This document shows, in pieces, positions 13,339-27,119 of a stretch of 64,000 nucleotides of DNA. The DNA comes from Octopus vulgaris. Taxonomy: Eukaryota. The notes beneath the pieces were generated by a model that did no database searches, was not told the DNA's origin, and saw only the letters and a list, made by a program, of their open reading frames with translations. Made by a program: the position numbers and the translations under genes. The stretch lies in NCBI GenBank assembly GCA_951406725.2, contig OX597822.1:89156001-89220000 (forward strand), in the 5' to 3' direction. Position 1 is the first letter of the stretch; the number at the start of each line of letters is the position of its first letter.

Positions 13339-13733
13339 TACAGGGTGTGATGGGTAAATTGTCACCATTCTATATTTTTAATATCAAGCATGCACATTGT
13401 TTGTTTTGATTTTTGTTCACTACACAGCATAATAAAGTTAGTTGGGCACCATTTACGAGAAAAACAGCACCAGGATGCAATTCACTCTGCCAGAAATTTG
13501 CAAACAACATGTTGTACTGCTTGGCATTTGCGCTGGAATCTCCAATACGAATAATTCAGAGTGTTTGGTGTCAATGTAAGTACAGTGCAATCTAAGGACA
13601 TGTAATGAGAGTGGTAAAAATCAAACATCCAGTCAACATCACGGTGTTTGGAGTATTCACTTGTGATGGCAATTTTATGCCACCATTCATCTTTCCACAT
13701 GGACTCAGATTAAACACGGAGTCCTACATCAAG
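13339..13733 (+). mobile_element. Deleted Tc1/mariner element
   Basis: TA-CAGGGTGTG terminus; residual KIKHPVNITVFGVFTCDGNFMPPFIFPHGLRLNTESYIK overlaps the transposase fragment at 35157-35290. Confidence 0.7.
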
Positions 13734-14208
13734 ATACACACTGAATAGAACACTTTTAAACGAAGGATCTTAGATTTGATATTTATGCACCCTCATCCAG
13801 TCCTTTAATTTTATTTCTGTTTGGTCAATAGAATTCTCATTGCTTGCAAGCACGTGATGCAATAAATGAAATTTCTTGCTTTGTAATTCATATCTGCTTT
13901 AACTTTAAATTCCTTCTGTTTTTTGAATTTTTTAGTTTTGCCTGTTCAATCAACCCACACATTCTACAAAGAAAGTTTCTAAAAGCACCCATTAAACTCC
14001 TGGAGCAGTTGGTGTTAGGAGGGGCATCCACTTGTAGAAATCATGCCAAATCAGACTGGAAACTGGTGCAGCTCTCCAACTCATAAGCTCCAGTCAGACC
14101 ATTTGACCCATGCCAGTATGGAAAGCGGACATTAAATGATGATGATGATAATGATGATGATGATATATATATATAATGACGATATATATATATGTATATA
14201 TACATATA

Positions 14209-14738
14209 TCTGTATATATAAAAGGCAGGATGTGTGTGTGTGTGCACGTGAATGTAATTTATGTACATCCACAAATTAGCACATATGTTGCGCCAATTTT
14301 AGGAGGACATTCATCATGACCCTAGCGGTATTTTCATCAACTTATTCTTCCCAGAGGCACCAGTGAATAGCAGTAAAAATTAATTTTCAACCAAAACTTT
14401 TTTTAAGACGAAGAAATCACCATTGTTTGCAAACAGGAGTTAAGTCCCCTTCTAGTGATGAGTAAGTTTTTGTTAAGACTTTTGTTGTTTTTTTTCCATT
14501 GAGGAAAAAATGTTTTGTTGATATACGTGCAACACACACACACACGAATATGTATGCATACAAAAACATGTATGCAATAGGTGCATGTACATATGTGTGT
14601 GTTGCCCATATATATATAAACCAATTTCAATGGGTTTCGTCCAAATTTGACGTCGATGTTAGTTTGGTTTGAAATAAAGAACTTGATTAACTTAATAATC
14701 CTAACTTAATCCCGAGTAAAGCCAAGTTATACTGCTAG
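14209..14738 (+). mobile_element. Non-autonomous Helitron-like element, decayed
   Basis: A|TC...TATATATAAAAGGCAG start, decayed subterminal hairpin, CTGCTAG|T end; same layout as 25146-25576. Confidence 0.6.
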
Positions 14739-14789
14739 TATCCTTTCGATCTTAAGGTCTTTCACCCTTTCAATCTTAAGGTCTTTCAT

Positions 14790-15500
14790 CCTTTCAATCT
14801 TAAGGTCTTGTAGATTTTTGTAGTCCCAGATATCATGATCATTTGTAGCATATGAATTAAGGATTTGCATTCTCTCCCCAAGACTCCTAAGTTTGGCCAT
14901 ATTTTGCTCCAGTCAGTTTGGTATGTATCCTGTCGCCCCAATAATAATAAGTATGAAATTGAAAATGTATCTTGTGTACTGGATTTGCAAAACATCTTAT
15001 CAATGGTCCATAGATGTCTTCTTTCTCTTGTATTTTTCTAACTACATTCATGTCCAGGGTCAGCTGATTTTCATAGCAGAACATATCTTTTCTTTGTGGT
15101 CCCATACAATGATATCTAGCTGCTTGTATTTTAACTTGGTGGCTGTTTTAATTTTCAAGTTCCACCAGTATTCTTTTGACCCATCAGTCTGAATATGGTC
15201 AACTTTGTTTGTAGGTATTCTCTTTTGTTCAAGACCATTCTGTCCACTATATCATGCCCCATTGGAAGATAATATCTGGAAGACATTCTCCCACAATTGA
15301 CAATAATGTGGTTGATGTCTTCGGTCCTGGTCTTGCACAGCCTACATTTGTTGTCTGTCAACGTTTTCTGCCTTTCATATTGTAGGCACATGGTGGGGAA
15401 TCTCTTGTTCTTGGATTGCATGAATGTAGCCTTCAAAGAGGGATGTCATAAACTTGTTGGTACTCCATGCCAAGCTGTTGACATTCCTGGTTCACACTAT
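14790..15500 (-). mobile_element. RLE-type non-LTR retrotransposon 3' fragment (R4/NeSL-like)
   Basis: CRLCKTRTEDINHIIVNC (CCHC) then RYYLPMGHDIV, LDIIVWD, DMNVVRKIQEKEDIYGPL and IIIGATGYIP in shifted frames. Confidence 0.7.
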
Positions 15501-15654
15501 GACATAATCATTCTGTAGCAGATAGTTCCCCACTGCACACCTAAAATCTGAATTTGAAATGTTTAAATTTAGAAGCCAAATCACTGACAAATAAAAATCA
15601 TTATATTTGGCAATATTGATTATGGTAATTGTCAATGGTAAATAATGATAATAA

Positions 15655-15856
15655 TCCTTTCTACTAAAAACACAAGGTCTGAAATTTGGTGGGATGGGAC
15701 TAGTCAATTACACTGACCCCAGTGTTTCACTGGCACTTAATTTATTGATCTCAAAAGGATGAAAACAAAGTTAACCACAGCAGAATTTGAACTCTGATCA
15801 TGCAGAGGGATGAAATGCCACTAAGCATTTTGTCCGGCGTACTAATGACTCTGCTA
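15655..15856 (-). mobile_element. SINE family D, decayed
   Basis: Similar to 62326-62550 (AAAGGATGAAA...GAATTTGAACTC). Confidence 0.6.
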
Positions 15857-16969
15857 AAGATAATACTACTAATACTGATACTACTACTAATAATATCCAT
15901 TCAAGCATCTGTGACATCAGTTTGTGATAGGGTGTGCTTGTCTAAAGAAGTTTAATTTTCACACCTAAGGCTTTGGGAACATTCTAGAGTTTGTTTGTGG
16001 TTCTAACCTTGAAATTCAATTCTCCAAAGGGTTACATTTTTTAAATGGCTGGAGGCCATATGTCTCTAGACTTATATTTGATATAATAATTTTCATTTTT
16101 TTTTACTTTTTCTCTAAGAGATTATTTCTGCCACTTATGTTCTAATTGTAAGGTCATGATTTCAACTCCGAGTGATGAGTTGTGTCATTGAGCAAAACAC
16201 TTTATTTCACATTGCTTCAGTCCACTCAGCTGGCAAAAATTAGTAGTACTTATATTTCAAAAGACCCAGCCTTGTCACACTCAGTGTCCTACTGTATCTT
16301 CCTGAGAACTATATTAAAGGTATATGTGTCTGTGGAGTGCTCAGCCACATGTATGTTAATTTCATGAGCAGGCTGTTCCATTGATTGGATCAACTGGAAC
16401 CCTCGTTGTTGTAACCAATGGAGTGCCAGCTTTTTTTTAATACTTTATCTAATATTTGAGACTATATTACCCAATGTGCCTTCCATATTTTAAGATGATA
16501 GAGTCTGGTTTCAGAATTTGACCACACTTTCTAGCTGGTCAAACAATCATATAGAGGTCTCTAGTATTGTTGTAGTTGTTGTTAGAACTGGTGGCGCATC
16601 AAATAAAAACTGCTATATATTTTGAGTTCAAATCCAGCTGCAAATGACTTTGCGTTTGATTCTTATTACGTCAATATTACAACAAAATTTCATCTGATAG
16701 TCGTCATAAATCATTAATGTATTGTATGAATATTGTATTGTATTGTTATAGTCACTTCATATGTGTTGTATTTGTTATCTAAATTTGCAGTCAATTAAAT
16801 CGATCTCAGTACACAGCAAGTACACAAACTTTAATTAACTAAAATGCATGCAGTCAGTACATTAAAAAATATGTATTGAATGTTTGTATGAAAATGAAAT
16901 ACAACTAACAAATGAGATAACTTCATTTGCTTGTTTCATTCAATTGGTGTTTGATGCTTGTTTTGACTA

Positions 16970-17392
16970 AGGAGGCAAGCTGATAGAATCATTAGGGCTT
17001 TGAACAAAATGCTCAGTGGCATTTCTTCTGGCACTTTACAGTCTAAGTTTACCAAGGATGACTTTGCTTTCATCCTTTTGGCAGCAATAAAATAAGTACC
17101 AATTGAGTATTGGAGTGGATGTAATGGACTCCTCATACACACTAAAAATAAAAAATTGCTGGTCTAATGTCAAAATTTGAAGAGTGGCAAGCTGGCAGAA
17201 TTGTTAGAAGGTTGTAAAAGAAATGCTTTGCAGTATTCCGACTTATTACATTCTGAGTTCAAGCTCCGTTGAGGTCGACTTTGCTTTAATCCTTGCAAGG
17301 TTGATTAAATAAAGTACCAATCAATAGCTAGGGTCAATGTAACTGACCAACCCTCTTCCCCAAATCTCAGGCCTTGTATCTATATTAGAAAA
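16970..17392 (+). mobile_element. Two decayed tandem SINE family D copies
   Basis: GGCAAGCTG..AGAAT..TTAG heads at ~16975 and ~17185; GACTTTGCTTT..ATCC bodies. Confidence 0.55.
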
Positions 17393-17462
17393 AATAGTCA
17401 CCTTTAAATACCCAATAATGTTCTAGCTGCCTCATTTGGGTCAGAAGACTAGAACCATGAAC

Positions 17463-18220
17463 TATTTGTTAATGAAATGTAATGTGTCCGGAATGGCACA
17501 ACAATGCAGAGTGGACTAAAATAACTGTTAAAAATAATTCAATTATTCATAGTCTAATATAATATTTCAGAATATAAAAATTCCTTCTTCGGATATTGCT
17601 AGGAATTAATGGAGTCACTGTTATAGTCGGTTTTCCAACGGTTGCTGAAATCTGTCAGAAGTGTCCATATAGTGGTCTCAAAATGCTCCTTATGGAATTT
17701 CTCATGAGAAGTGCATGAGGGTGGTCATGTCTTGAGCTTGTGTGTGTTGATATATCCAAAGTGCTACTTCCAAGTTATGTATTATATGTGCATTTTTTTT
17801 TATATAATGTTTTGCTGCATGAGCATGTAACATCGACACCCTGAACACCCGATGGTAACATACTCATGTAACAAAACATTATATAAAAAAAATGCACATA
17901 TAATACATAACTTGGAAGCAGCACTGCAGATATGCCAACACACATGAGCTTGGGACATGACCATCCTCATGCACTTCTCATGAGGAATTCCGGAAGGAGC
18001 TTCATGAGACCACTGCAGGGATGCTTCCGAAAGATTTCAGCAACCGTTGGAAAATCGACTATAACAGTGACTCCATTAATTCCTAGCAATATACGAAGAA
18101 GGAATTTTTATATTCCGAAATATTATATTAGACTATGAATAATTGAATTATTTATAACAGTTATTTTAGCCTACTCTGCATTGTTGTGCCATTTCAGACT
18201 CGTTACATTTCACAAACAAT
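17463..18220. repeat. Large imperfect palindrome (arms ~370 bp, centre ~17842)
   Basis: E.g. 17574-17650 is the reverse complement of ~18034-18110; arms meet across a ~12-nt spacer. Confidence 0.9.
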
Positions 18221-18860
18221 ACACAATCAATGCTTCCAGCGAACTGAAATACCCTATTCGTTAAGTTTTCAACTTCCAATAAAAACTGAAATTTTACTCT
18301 ATTTGTAGGACTGATTAGGTTTGTATGTATGTTTATATGTAATGTATGTTTTTTTCATCAGTGGTTTTCTTAAATACCACATTCTTCTTACCTTCTCTTT
18401 CACCTCACACTAATGCCTTCTATATACTCCTCCACTTTACACCTTCCTCTCACATATAGTACTATTATACCTACACACCATCCTCCTACACCCTCATACA
18501 CTTCCATACTTGCATACCGCCACCTTAAATAACAACACACATTATCACATACATACACTTCATCCTATGCCTGTCTCTCTATACATGGTTACCTTCCTAT
18601 ACATGCAAACACCACCTCACCTTCTCCTCCCTTCCTGACTCTCCTATTGAACCACATTCCTATCTGGCTTCTAACTCCTTTTCTCTAACCACTTTTTCTC
18701 ATTCTTGTATTTTTTTCTGATGAAAGACTAGTGCCTGAAATGTCAAGACTCTTTCCTTTTGTTTTTAAGCTTTATAGTAATTTGTCAGAACTTGTACCTC
18801 CTGTGATGTCTTGTATTGTGTTCATTGATTAATATGTATGCATGCTTGTATGTATGTAAT

Positions 18861-19125
18861 CCACTCTTTGGTTTTATTTTTCATCATGCAGAATATCCAA
18901 CAAAAACCACCTTCCAGTTTAGCCATCAATGGCCCAACCATGCTACAGTTTGTACTGGGTTACATGTTACCAGTAGCACAAAAAGTGACCTAACCAAAGG
19001 CTGGATGAACTTTGTGGAGTGTAATGGCCATCTAATAGTTGTAAACCACCGGTAGTAATGGATTCCTAGCTTGTGTCACAACATCCATCTAGGAGAGGAA
19101 CATTCTGATGTAAAACCTGTGGTTT
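18861..19125 (+). mobile_element. RTE-family 5' UTR copy with inverted 5'-most segment
   Basis: 18861-18995 matches 39380-39540 on the same strand, while 18996-19125 matches 39156-39385 on the opposite strand. Confidence 0.6.
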
Positions 19126-19547
19126 CATGTGATTACAGTTTGTCTCACTTTGGCTTGTTACTAGTTACTAATTATAGAGGCTAAGAGAGTGTACTCGTAT
19201 TGTACAAACATTTATCACTATAATCCAATGATGTACAGATGTCTTTTTATGGTGACCTCCTTTATCATTCTATCTATTGAAAGCACAATGGCAGTGTGCA
19301 AACCTAAACAGTGAGAAAGTTCAACTTCAAGTCAAAGAATTTGTAACAATGATCAGGGAACATCTTATACAACAAAATGACCAGATCGATCCAGTGGAAG
19401 TAATAACTTTTGTCTGACATTTATGTTTCTAACCATGCAAATCTGCAGTGGGACTGTACAGTTATGTGAGTGATCAGAAAGTCAGAAATGTCATTGACAG
19501 TGAAGCACTAGGAGACGGCAATCATCTGTGAAGATGGCGCAATCACT

Positions 19548-19585
<38 letters not shown>

Positions 19586-22318
19586 ATGTATTTATTATCA
19601 CACATAAAGATAAACTGAGTTAGCCTTTTACTGTTAACAACAGCAATAATTACATACTGGGAGAGAGAAACTGCTCTGAGTTTACATCGAGTTCTTGGTA
19701 CAGAAACATGTAGCTTGCCCAACATATCTGGAAACAGTTGTGCCATCTGTGTGGTGATAGAGATTTCTGGTCATCTGTCTGTGACATCTGTCTTAGCCTT
19801 TTCCTGGGTCATCTCTGGCAAGAGTGGAGGCACATATTGTTCAGCCACCTTTCAACACTCTGCCTGGCAAGAGGTGAGATGTGTGAATGAGTTGGTTGCT
19901 CTAAACGTTCTGTGATTTATTACCACCAAAAGCAACCTTTTATATGGTACAAGAAGACTGAATCACACAATGGTTTCATGCTGACTGGTTGCTTAATAGA
20001 CCAATCATGTGAAACTATTGTGGTTCAGTTGTGATGTCTGATCAGTTACCCAGTTTTGAATCACTGCTACAGATACAGTAGCAACTCTACAACATACCAA
20101 CATTATACAAATTACATTAACTGTGTTCTTTTTCAGCCAACACAGACCATCACTAAGAATTTTGTTTATACACTAACAGTCCTCAATTAAAGAAAAAAAA
20201 CTACTAATTTTCAATGTTGCAAAACTTTCCAAATAGTCAGCATTTGACTGAAGTTACATCTAAATACAAAGATTTATCACTTAGAGAACAACTTTTGTTC
20301 CACTGAATAACTCCCAATGAAGCACACATGATATATGGGCATGCATACATACATATATATGCATCAAACATATATAGGTGTATAACATTTATTTGAATGG
20401 GTGTGGGTGAAAAAGAGTGATGAGAATACATAGGGTATGTATATTTTATTATATATGTGTGTTTGCATGCATGTAGGTCAAGAGGAAATATTTAGTGGTA
20501 TTTCAGGGTGTGGAGTGACTTCCCCCCAAAGAAAGGTCAATTAAAGTGCTGACATCATGAACAATTACACAGTTAAAACAGTTTTGCCTCTCTATTTTAC
20601 TATTCAACTGCTTCACTTTAATATATCTCCATCTGTTTTATCTACTCTTTCTATTTATCATTCTCTCAATCCCTCTTTATTCTCTTCCTTTTCGTATATC
20701 TTGATCAATATATCTTTCTTTACATACTCTCAATCAGTCTCCTAAAAACTATCAGGAGTATTCTCATGTTGGTGAGAGACCTCTATGCAGTTGCTCAACC
20801 TGTTAGAAACTGCATCAAAATTTCCATCAAATCATATGCTATTGCCATATTTCTTATAGAAGGAAGAAGAGTTGTGAAGATGAAAAATTGCTATGTGTAA
20901 TAAATTTAATATAGTTTTAAATGCTTTAAACATATCCAAAATCGTTACAATGAAAGAATCATGTGGATGCAAATTTTTCTTAGTAACAAGAAGAGAGCAT
21001 AAAATATTTCACTTTTGCTGGGATAGGTCTAAGCTAGTAATAAATATGTCAGTTTGAGTATTGCTGCCCTACTGTCTTAATAAAGAAAATAAATATTGAA
21101 CAATGTGATCCTATACACACAATGTCTATAATAAAGACAAAGAAAAAACAAAATGGTAGTAGCTGGAACAATTTTGTTTGTACCAAGATCTTTGGGTTGG
21201 TGGGTGAAGTGAGCCTGATTTTAAAAACAACTGCTCCATGTTAGTAACATCTCTCATGCATGTTGCAAGCATTCATAATAGAGCTTTGGTTCCACTATCT
21301 GGATTTATTTTTTTCTGCAAATAATCTAGTTGGGCATTACCTATATTAATCTCATTAGTTGGTGCGGGTGAAGACAAAGGTCATGGGCCTTCTTTCAAGC
21401 AGAAAAATCCAAAGATCTGTATTTTGTCAAGTATTGCCAGCTGATGTTTCAGTTGGTTACTAGAAACTTTGAGCCTATCATCAAGTATAAAATAGTTTTC
21501 CCTTCTAAAAGGTAATTTATTTCAAGAACTTATGCATAAAACTACTTTTACAACACATTTAACTAAACTTTGTTGTCTATAGTAATCGAAAACAGTGCCG
21601 TTTTATGGCATGGGCACATTAGGCAGTTGCCTAAAAGCCTCATGGGTCTAGGGGTCCATTTCTGATCTTTGAATGCTATAACTTGCTATCAATAGATAAA
21701 TACTATAGGGCCCTGATTAGAGGGTGTTATTTTTCTATGTATAAATTCTGTCATTCAATTTACAAACTGCTTAGTAGAGGTATATTCTTCTGATGGTATG
21801 CAAAAAAATAAAGATAATTCCTACTATAGCATTGTACCTCATGCATGGTACCTCAGATGCTCTTTTTTGAGATTTGCAGGATTTCATGTTACATCGTGAA
21901 TAAAAAAAAAAACTTGTGGGATTATTACTAAACTGGATCAAAACAATACTATTCATGTTATACATATTTTTTACAACTATACTTTAACATTATTAAATAT
22001 ACATAGTTGAAACGCTAATATGTAGTGGTGATTTGAAATTGAACCACTAAGTAGACAGTAAAACAACACAAGCAAACAAGAATAGTTTCACATGATCTGT
22101 CTATTAAGCAACCAATCAGTATCAAGCCATTATTGCTTGATTCAATTTTCTAGAATTTTCTCCTCGCTGCCAGTAAAAGGACACTCTTGTTGGTAAATAA
22201 TTGTAGAGCGTTGGAGGGTAACTGAGTGATATGCACCTCCACTCTCAGTCATGCTTTGAAAGAAGGAACTTGACCTAACTTCTTTCAATCAATTTCTTTA
22301 TTTTTATATACATTCATA

Positions 22319-22358
<40 letters not shown>

Positions 22359-22799
22359 AACACACACACACAGATACATATATGCATACATTTTTAGGAG
22401 TGTTGTTTCCCTTTTCTTTGTTGTTGTCCCCAAAGTAGCTACAATTAATTCCCTTGGGAATTGTAGCTGCTTTGGCACAGGGTAGTAAACTGTTTTTTTA
22501 ATTGAATAAATTGGTGTCTCTGAGGTGGCAAAATCTATGCTTTTTAAGAAGTCAAGACACCTTTGTATATTAAAAGAGAGACTCTTTATGCCAGATTGCT
22601 AGGAGGTGGGACTCCATGTACTGAGTGCTACATACCCTTCATAGCAGGGGGTGGGGCAATATTTACGAGGGCCTATGGCAATTACCACTTCACTCCCCTA
22701 TAAATCCTTCCCTGACTACCCATGGTGACAAAAGTATACTTCCAGAGTTACTCATCATACTACGGGTAACACTCTAATAATATATGTGTGTGTGTGTGT

Positions 22800-23010
22800 A
22801 TCTTTTATTTTTTCACTTGTTTCAGTCATTGAACTGCCGTTATGCTGGAACACTGTCTCGAAGGGTCTTCATCAGATGAACCAGTCCCAGTACTTACTTT
22901 TTCAAAAGCTTGTTACCTGTGCTATTGGTCACTTTTGTTGAACTGCTAAGTTATGGGGATGTAAACAAACAAACACTGGTTGTCAAGCAGTGGGGGACAA
23001 ACACAAACAT
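22800..23010 (-). mobile_element. SINE family A, 3' half
   Basis: CTTGTTTCAGTCATT...CTGCTAAGTTATGGGGATGTAAAC matches reverse of 41320-41520. Confidence 0.6.
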
Positions 23011-23200
23011 AAATCACACTCTGAAACACATGCTGGCATACCCGTGTTGTAAAAAATGCCAACAGTTTACTAATGATAGCAAATTCTGCATCGAAATTAT
23101 GGGAGAAACCATTGATAATTGTCATCTGTTGAGTAGACATATGAATTGATGCACTTAAACAGTCAGATACTGTTGTAACATCTTGGTTGAAAATATTGCT

Positions 23201-23261
<61 letters not shown>

Positions 23262-23344
23262 TGAAAATAGCACACTGCTTTAGGTGTTCATTCTCATTCA
23301 GAGTGAAATGAGAGTATGGTCTAACGAAGGATTGATTCAAAACA

Positions 23345-23454
23345 ATTACCTGAAGAAGCACATCTTATACATTGGATGGACGACAGGGATTTACATAATA
23401 TATTATTTATATCATCTGACCATCTTTAAAATGTGTCAAAACAATTGTAGTGAT
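23345..23454 (+). ncRNA. Hammerhead motif with G12A substitution
   Basis: ATTAC/GTGAT stem I; CTGAAGA 23350-23356; GCACAT/ATGTGT stem II; AAAA instead of GAAA at 23438; C-AATT-G-TA. Confidence 0.55.
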
Positions 23455-23935
23455 TTTTAAATAGAGAATGTTCTTTAATCCATTTTCATTATTTATCTAT
23501 TTACATAAACTCTGTGCATGCTGTGGAATTCCTGATGCATATCCAGTTGCAAGAACATTCCCTCTGTATGATGACATCTGGTAGCCAATAAATGTGGACA
23601 AGCTTTGCATAGCATACTACAAAGTTTTTATCTGAATCCTTTATAACTATATATGTATATCTTTGAACATCCATTTTCTATGCTCTCATGGATGAGGTAG
23701 ATTTTGCATGGCTAGATGCATTTCCTGTCAACACTCCTCATCTATTCCAAGGAAGGTAATATTTCACCATGGCCAGATGTGAGATAAGGAAACAGTACAG
23801 CAAAGACATTAGACATACATACATACATACATACATACATACATACATACACACATACACACATACATACATACATACATACATACGTACATACATACAC
23901 ACATACACACATACATACATACATACATACATACA

Positions 23936-23969
<34 letters not shown>

Positions 23970-24029
23970 CACACATACATACATACATACATATATATAT
24001 GGTTCTATATTTTTGAGATGAGGAATTCT

Positions 24030-24218
24030 GTATATTATTTACATTATTTACATTGGAGGGATATATGTCCTCATCTTCATTGTTGTTATCATGTCTCAGC
24101 TTATTTATTTTCCAGCCTTCATCAGGTGTCCTGGTAGAATTTTAAACCTACCCTGGGTTCTCATTCCTAAGGTATTTTTTTTTGTTGACATCATTATCAT
24201 CATCACCATCACCATCAC

Positions 24219-24266
<48 letters not shown>

Positions 24267-24427
24267 TTATTCAAGGCAATGCCCAGAATTGAATTCACAA
24301 TCTTGTGGTTAGTAGCCTGCACTCTTAACCATTATGCTATATGCCCACAAGCATATAGCGTAATGGTTAAGAGTGTGGGCTACTAATCCCAAGATTGCAA
24401 GTTCAATTCCAGGCAGTGCCTTCAATA

Positions 24428-24470
<43 letters not shown>

Positions 24471-24631
24471 TCAGCAAAAAAATACCTTAGGAATGAGTAC
24501 CCAGGGTTGGGTTCAAAATTCTACCTGGATACCCGATGAAGGCTGGAGAGGAAATCAGCCAAAACATTGTGGTAACAACAAACAAGATGAGGACATGTAT
24601 TCGTCTAATGTAAATAATGTAAATAATGTAT
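24030..24631. mobile_element. Head-to-head pair of a tRNA-headed, microsatellite-linked, HHR-tailed element
   Basis: tRNA-like heads 24275-24344 (-) and 24351-24420 (+; TAGCGTAATGG A box, GTTCAATTCC B box); (ATC)n/(AAT)n linkers; HHR-like cores at 24093-24129 (-) and 24530-24571 (+). Confidence 0.75.
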
Positions 24632-24764
24632 ATATATATATATACATATATATAATATTAATTAGAGACAAAACCACTATTATGCAGATCAAACAAAGAA
24701 AGACTTAATCCAATACATAAAAAATTTTATATAAATTAAATATAATTAAGATTAATTAAGATAT

Positions 24765-24810
24765 CCACTACGATCGTTTCTTGTCACTTCAATGGACATT
24801 CATCAGGTGG
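24765..24810 (-). ncRNA. Type I hammerhead ribozyme motif, intact core
   Basis: Minus: CCAC-CTGATGA-a-TGTC cattgaagt GACA-a-GAAA-C-GATC-G-TA-GTGG. Confidence 0.8.
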
Positions 24811-24836
24811 TTTTCAAGACCTTCTATGCAATTTTA

Positions 24837-24891
<55 letters not shown>

Positions 24892-25145
24892 AAGAAGATT
24901 TAAAAATGCAGAGGTCTTTTACAGATGCTTATTGACTTGACCAGTTTCACTTTTTTTATAAAAAGATTTCAAAAGTAAAATGTAAGGCTTTGTATAGCCT
25001 TTGTGGTGTTAAGAATTAATTAACATAGATGTATTAAAATACACTGATAGAGTCTTTGACAATGATAAGAAAATGTTAAGAGGGGCTTTGTGTTTAAACA
25101 GTTTACATAAAAGTGTTCAAAATAGGTAGTAAAATAAGTTCATAA

Positions 25146-25576
25146 TCTCTCTATATATAAACGGCAGTTTGTCTGTCTGTGTGTCTGTCAGGTTGTACCC
25201 TCACCCTGACCATGGCTTTCAACCGATTCTGATGAAACTTGACACACACATAGCCCAATGTCATAATTCAAAACTGACGCAGCGAAAATTTTGAAAAGTT
25301 CCCCCAGTTCTGAAAAAATCGATAAATTCGACATGGGGTCGAGAATCTAAGCTTTTTATATGCAACACATTTTCTGTCTAGGGGACACAACTCGACCTTT
25401 TTATCGCCCAAAGGGACAGCTAGGAACATCGTATACACAGAAATATTCGAGTGAAGAGAAGACATTGCAACCTACACATGCGCCTTCGTTCCCTAGAGAG
25501 AAAGGACCCGATTGGGATTAGCCGTTGCCTACTAGGGGCTCTTACATACCCGGGCAACGCCGGACTATGCTGCTAG
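25146..25576 (+). mobile_element. Non-autonomous Helitron
   Basis: A|TC start, CCGGGCAACGCCGG hairpin ~10 nt before CTAG|T end, no TSD. Confidence 0.75.
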
Positions 25577-25589
25577 TTCTTTATAAGTT

Positions 25590-26300
25590 CATCAAAAATC
25601 TGGTGATGGCCTACCTGGAAATACAAATACATGAACAATCCAAATTAGAATATGGCCTTTTTTTCCAATAGTATCTGTTGGAGAATTGGAAACACTACTT
25701 GGATCACTGCGTCATTTTATGGTCCCACACATTCGACCAACTCAATGAATTAAAAATTTAATCAACAGCGCCAACAACCATATCCAATTTACAATGGAAT
25801 ATTGTCAAGACCAACTCCCATTTCTAGACATTCTTATTGTAAAAAAAAGCACCAACATTGAAACTGATATCCACTACAAACTGACTGATTCCAAACAATA
25901 CCTCCAATCACCCAAAGCGCATGAAGACAAACATCTCCTTCAATCTAGTGAAAAGAATCTGTACAATTGTCTCAAATTATGAAACGCGAAATAAAAGACT
26001 CCAAGAACTAAAGGAAATTCTTCTCAAAAGACAGTATCCAGCATCATTAGTTGACAATGGAATAGAACAGGCCAAGACATTGATATCCAAGACTTACAAA
26101 AACCAAAACACACTCAAGGTACATTAAACAGTCTCTCATATCCCTCAACACACAATCCAAGAAATACAGAAGATTACACAATTATATACAATAACATTCC
26201 ACTACTGAGTCAAGACCCATGTTTAAAAAAAGCATTTGAAACCCATAAAATAATAAAAGGGAAGAGACAACCCTAATCCCTAAAAAACTTACCAATGCAT
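25590..26300 (+). mobile_element. Penelope-like RT/thumb fragment
   Basis: QFTMEYCQDQLPFLDILIVKKSTNIETDIHYKLTDSKQYL; NISFNLVKRICTIVS...LLKRQYP; paralogous to 33928-34329. Confidence 0.8.
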
Positions 26301-26646
26301 TAAGCAGTAGTTATGATGTCAACATTTTGATACTTGTCACGAATCATGATACAAGTAAATCTTTTCCAATATTCAGATGGCTTTCAGTCCTCCATGTCAG
26401 CTAACTTTTTCTTAACTACAAAATTAATTTCTATGTTTTGCAATGCCATTAACTGTTCACCAATACATCAAGCTGTTTCTGATGAAAGGGAACGAATAAA
26501 AAATCATCAAATTTAGCCTGAATACCCTGTGTGATGAGCTTCTTTCATTTTCCATTTATCATATTTCTTTAAGAGGCTTTGGTCAGCTGTAGGTTATAGT
26601 AGAAAATACTTGCCCGTGATGCCTATCCATGCCTGTGTGTGTGTGT

Positions 26647-26786
<140 letters not shown>

Positions 26787-27119
26787 ATGTAGAGACCTCA
26801 TTTGGTCCTACCTGAGATTCGAAATCGAATCTAGAAAATGTGTTCTATTGTTCTGTCAAGGGAGAACATAGATTTGTGTTTTCCACTTGACTCTTAACCT
26901 TTTCTACACCATGAAATGTTGAAATAGATAAGGAGTGACCTACGTTAATTTATCCATTGTTAGAACTGGTTTGCATTTTTATAAATATGAGCAGTTCCAA
27001 ACAGACCACCAGAGGCAACCAGACCGAAGGAGAGAGAAAGCTTTCCTGCGCAAATACAAGCTCTTTTGGCGCAATTACAGGGGCTGAAATTTCGTAACTG
27101 ATCACTACATATGCATAAC

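Noticed and set aside
24351-24420. Bona fide tRNA gene
   Set aside because: Imperfect stems, no oligo-T terminator, embedded in a repeat with a diverged mirror copy; treated as a SINE head.
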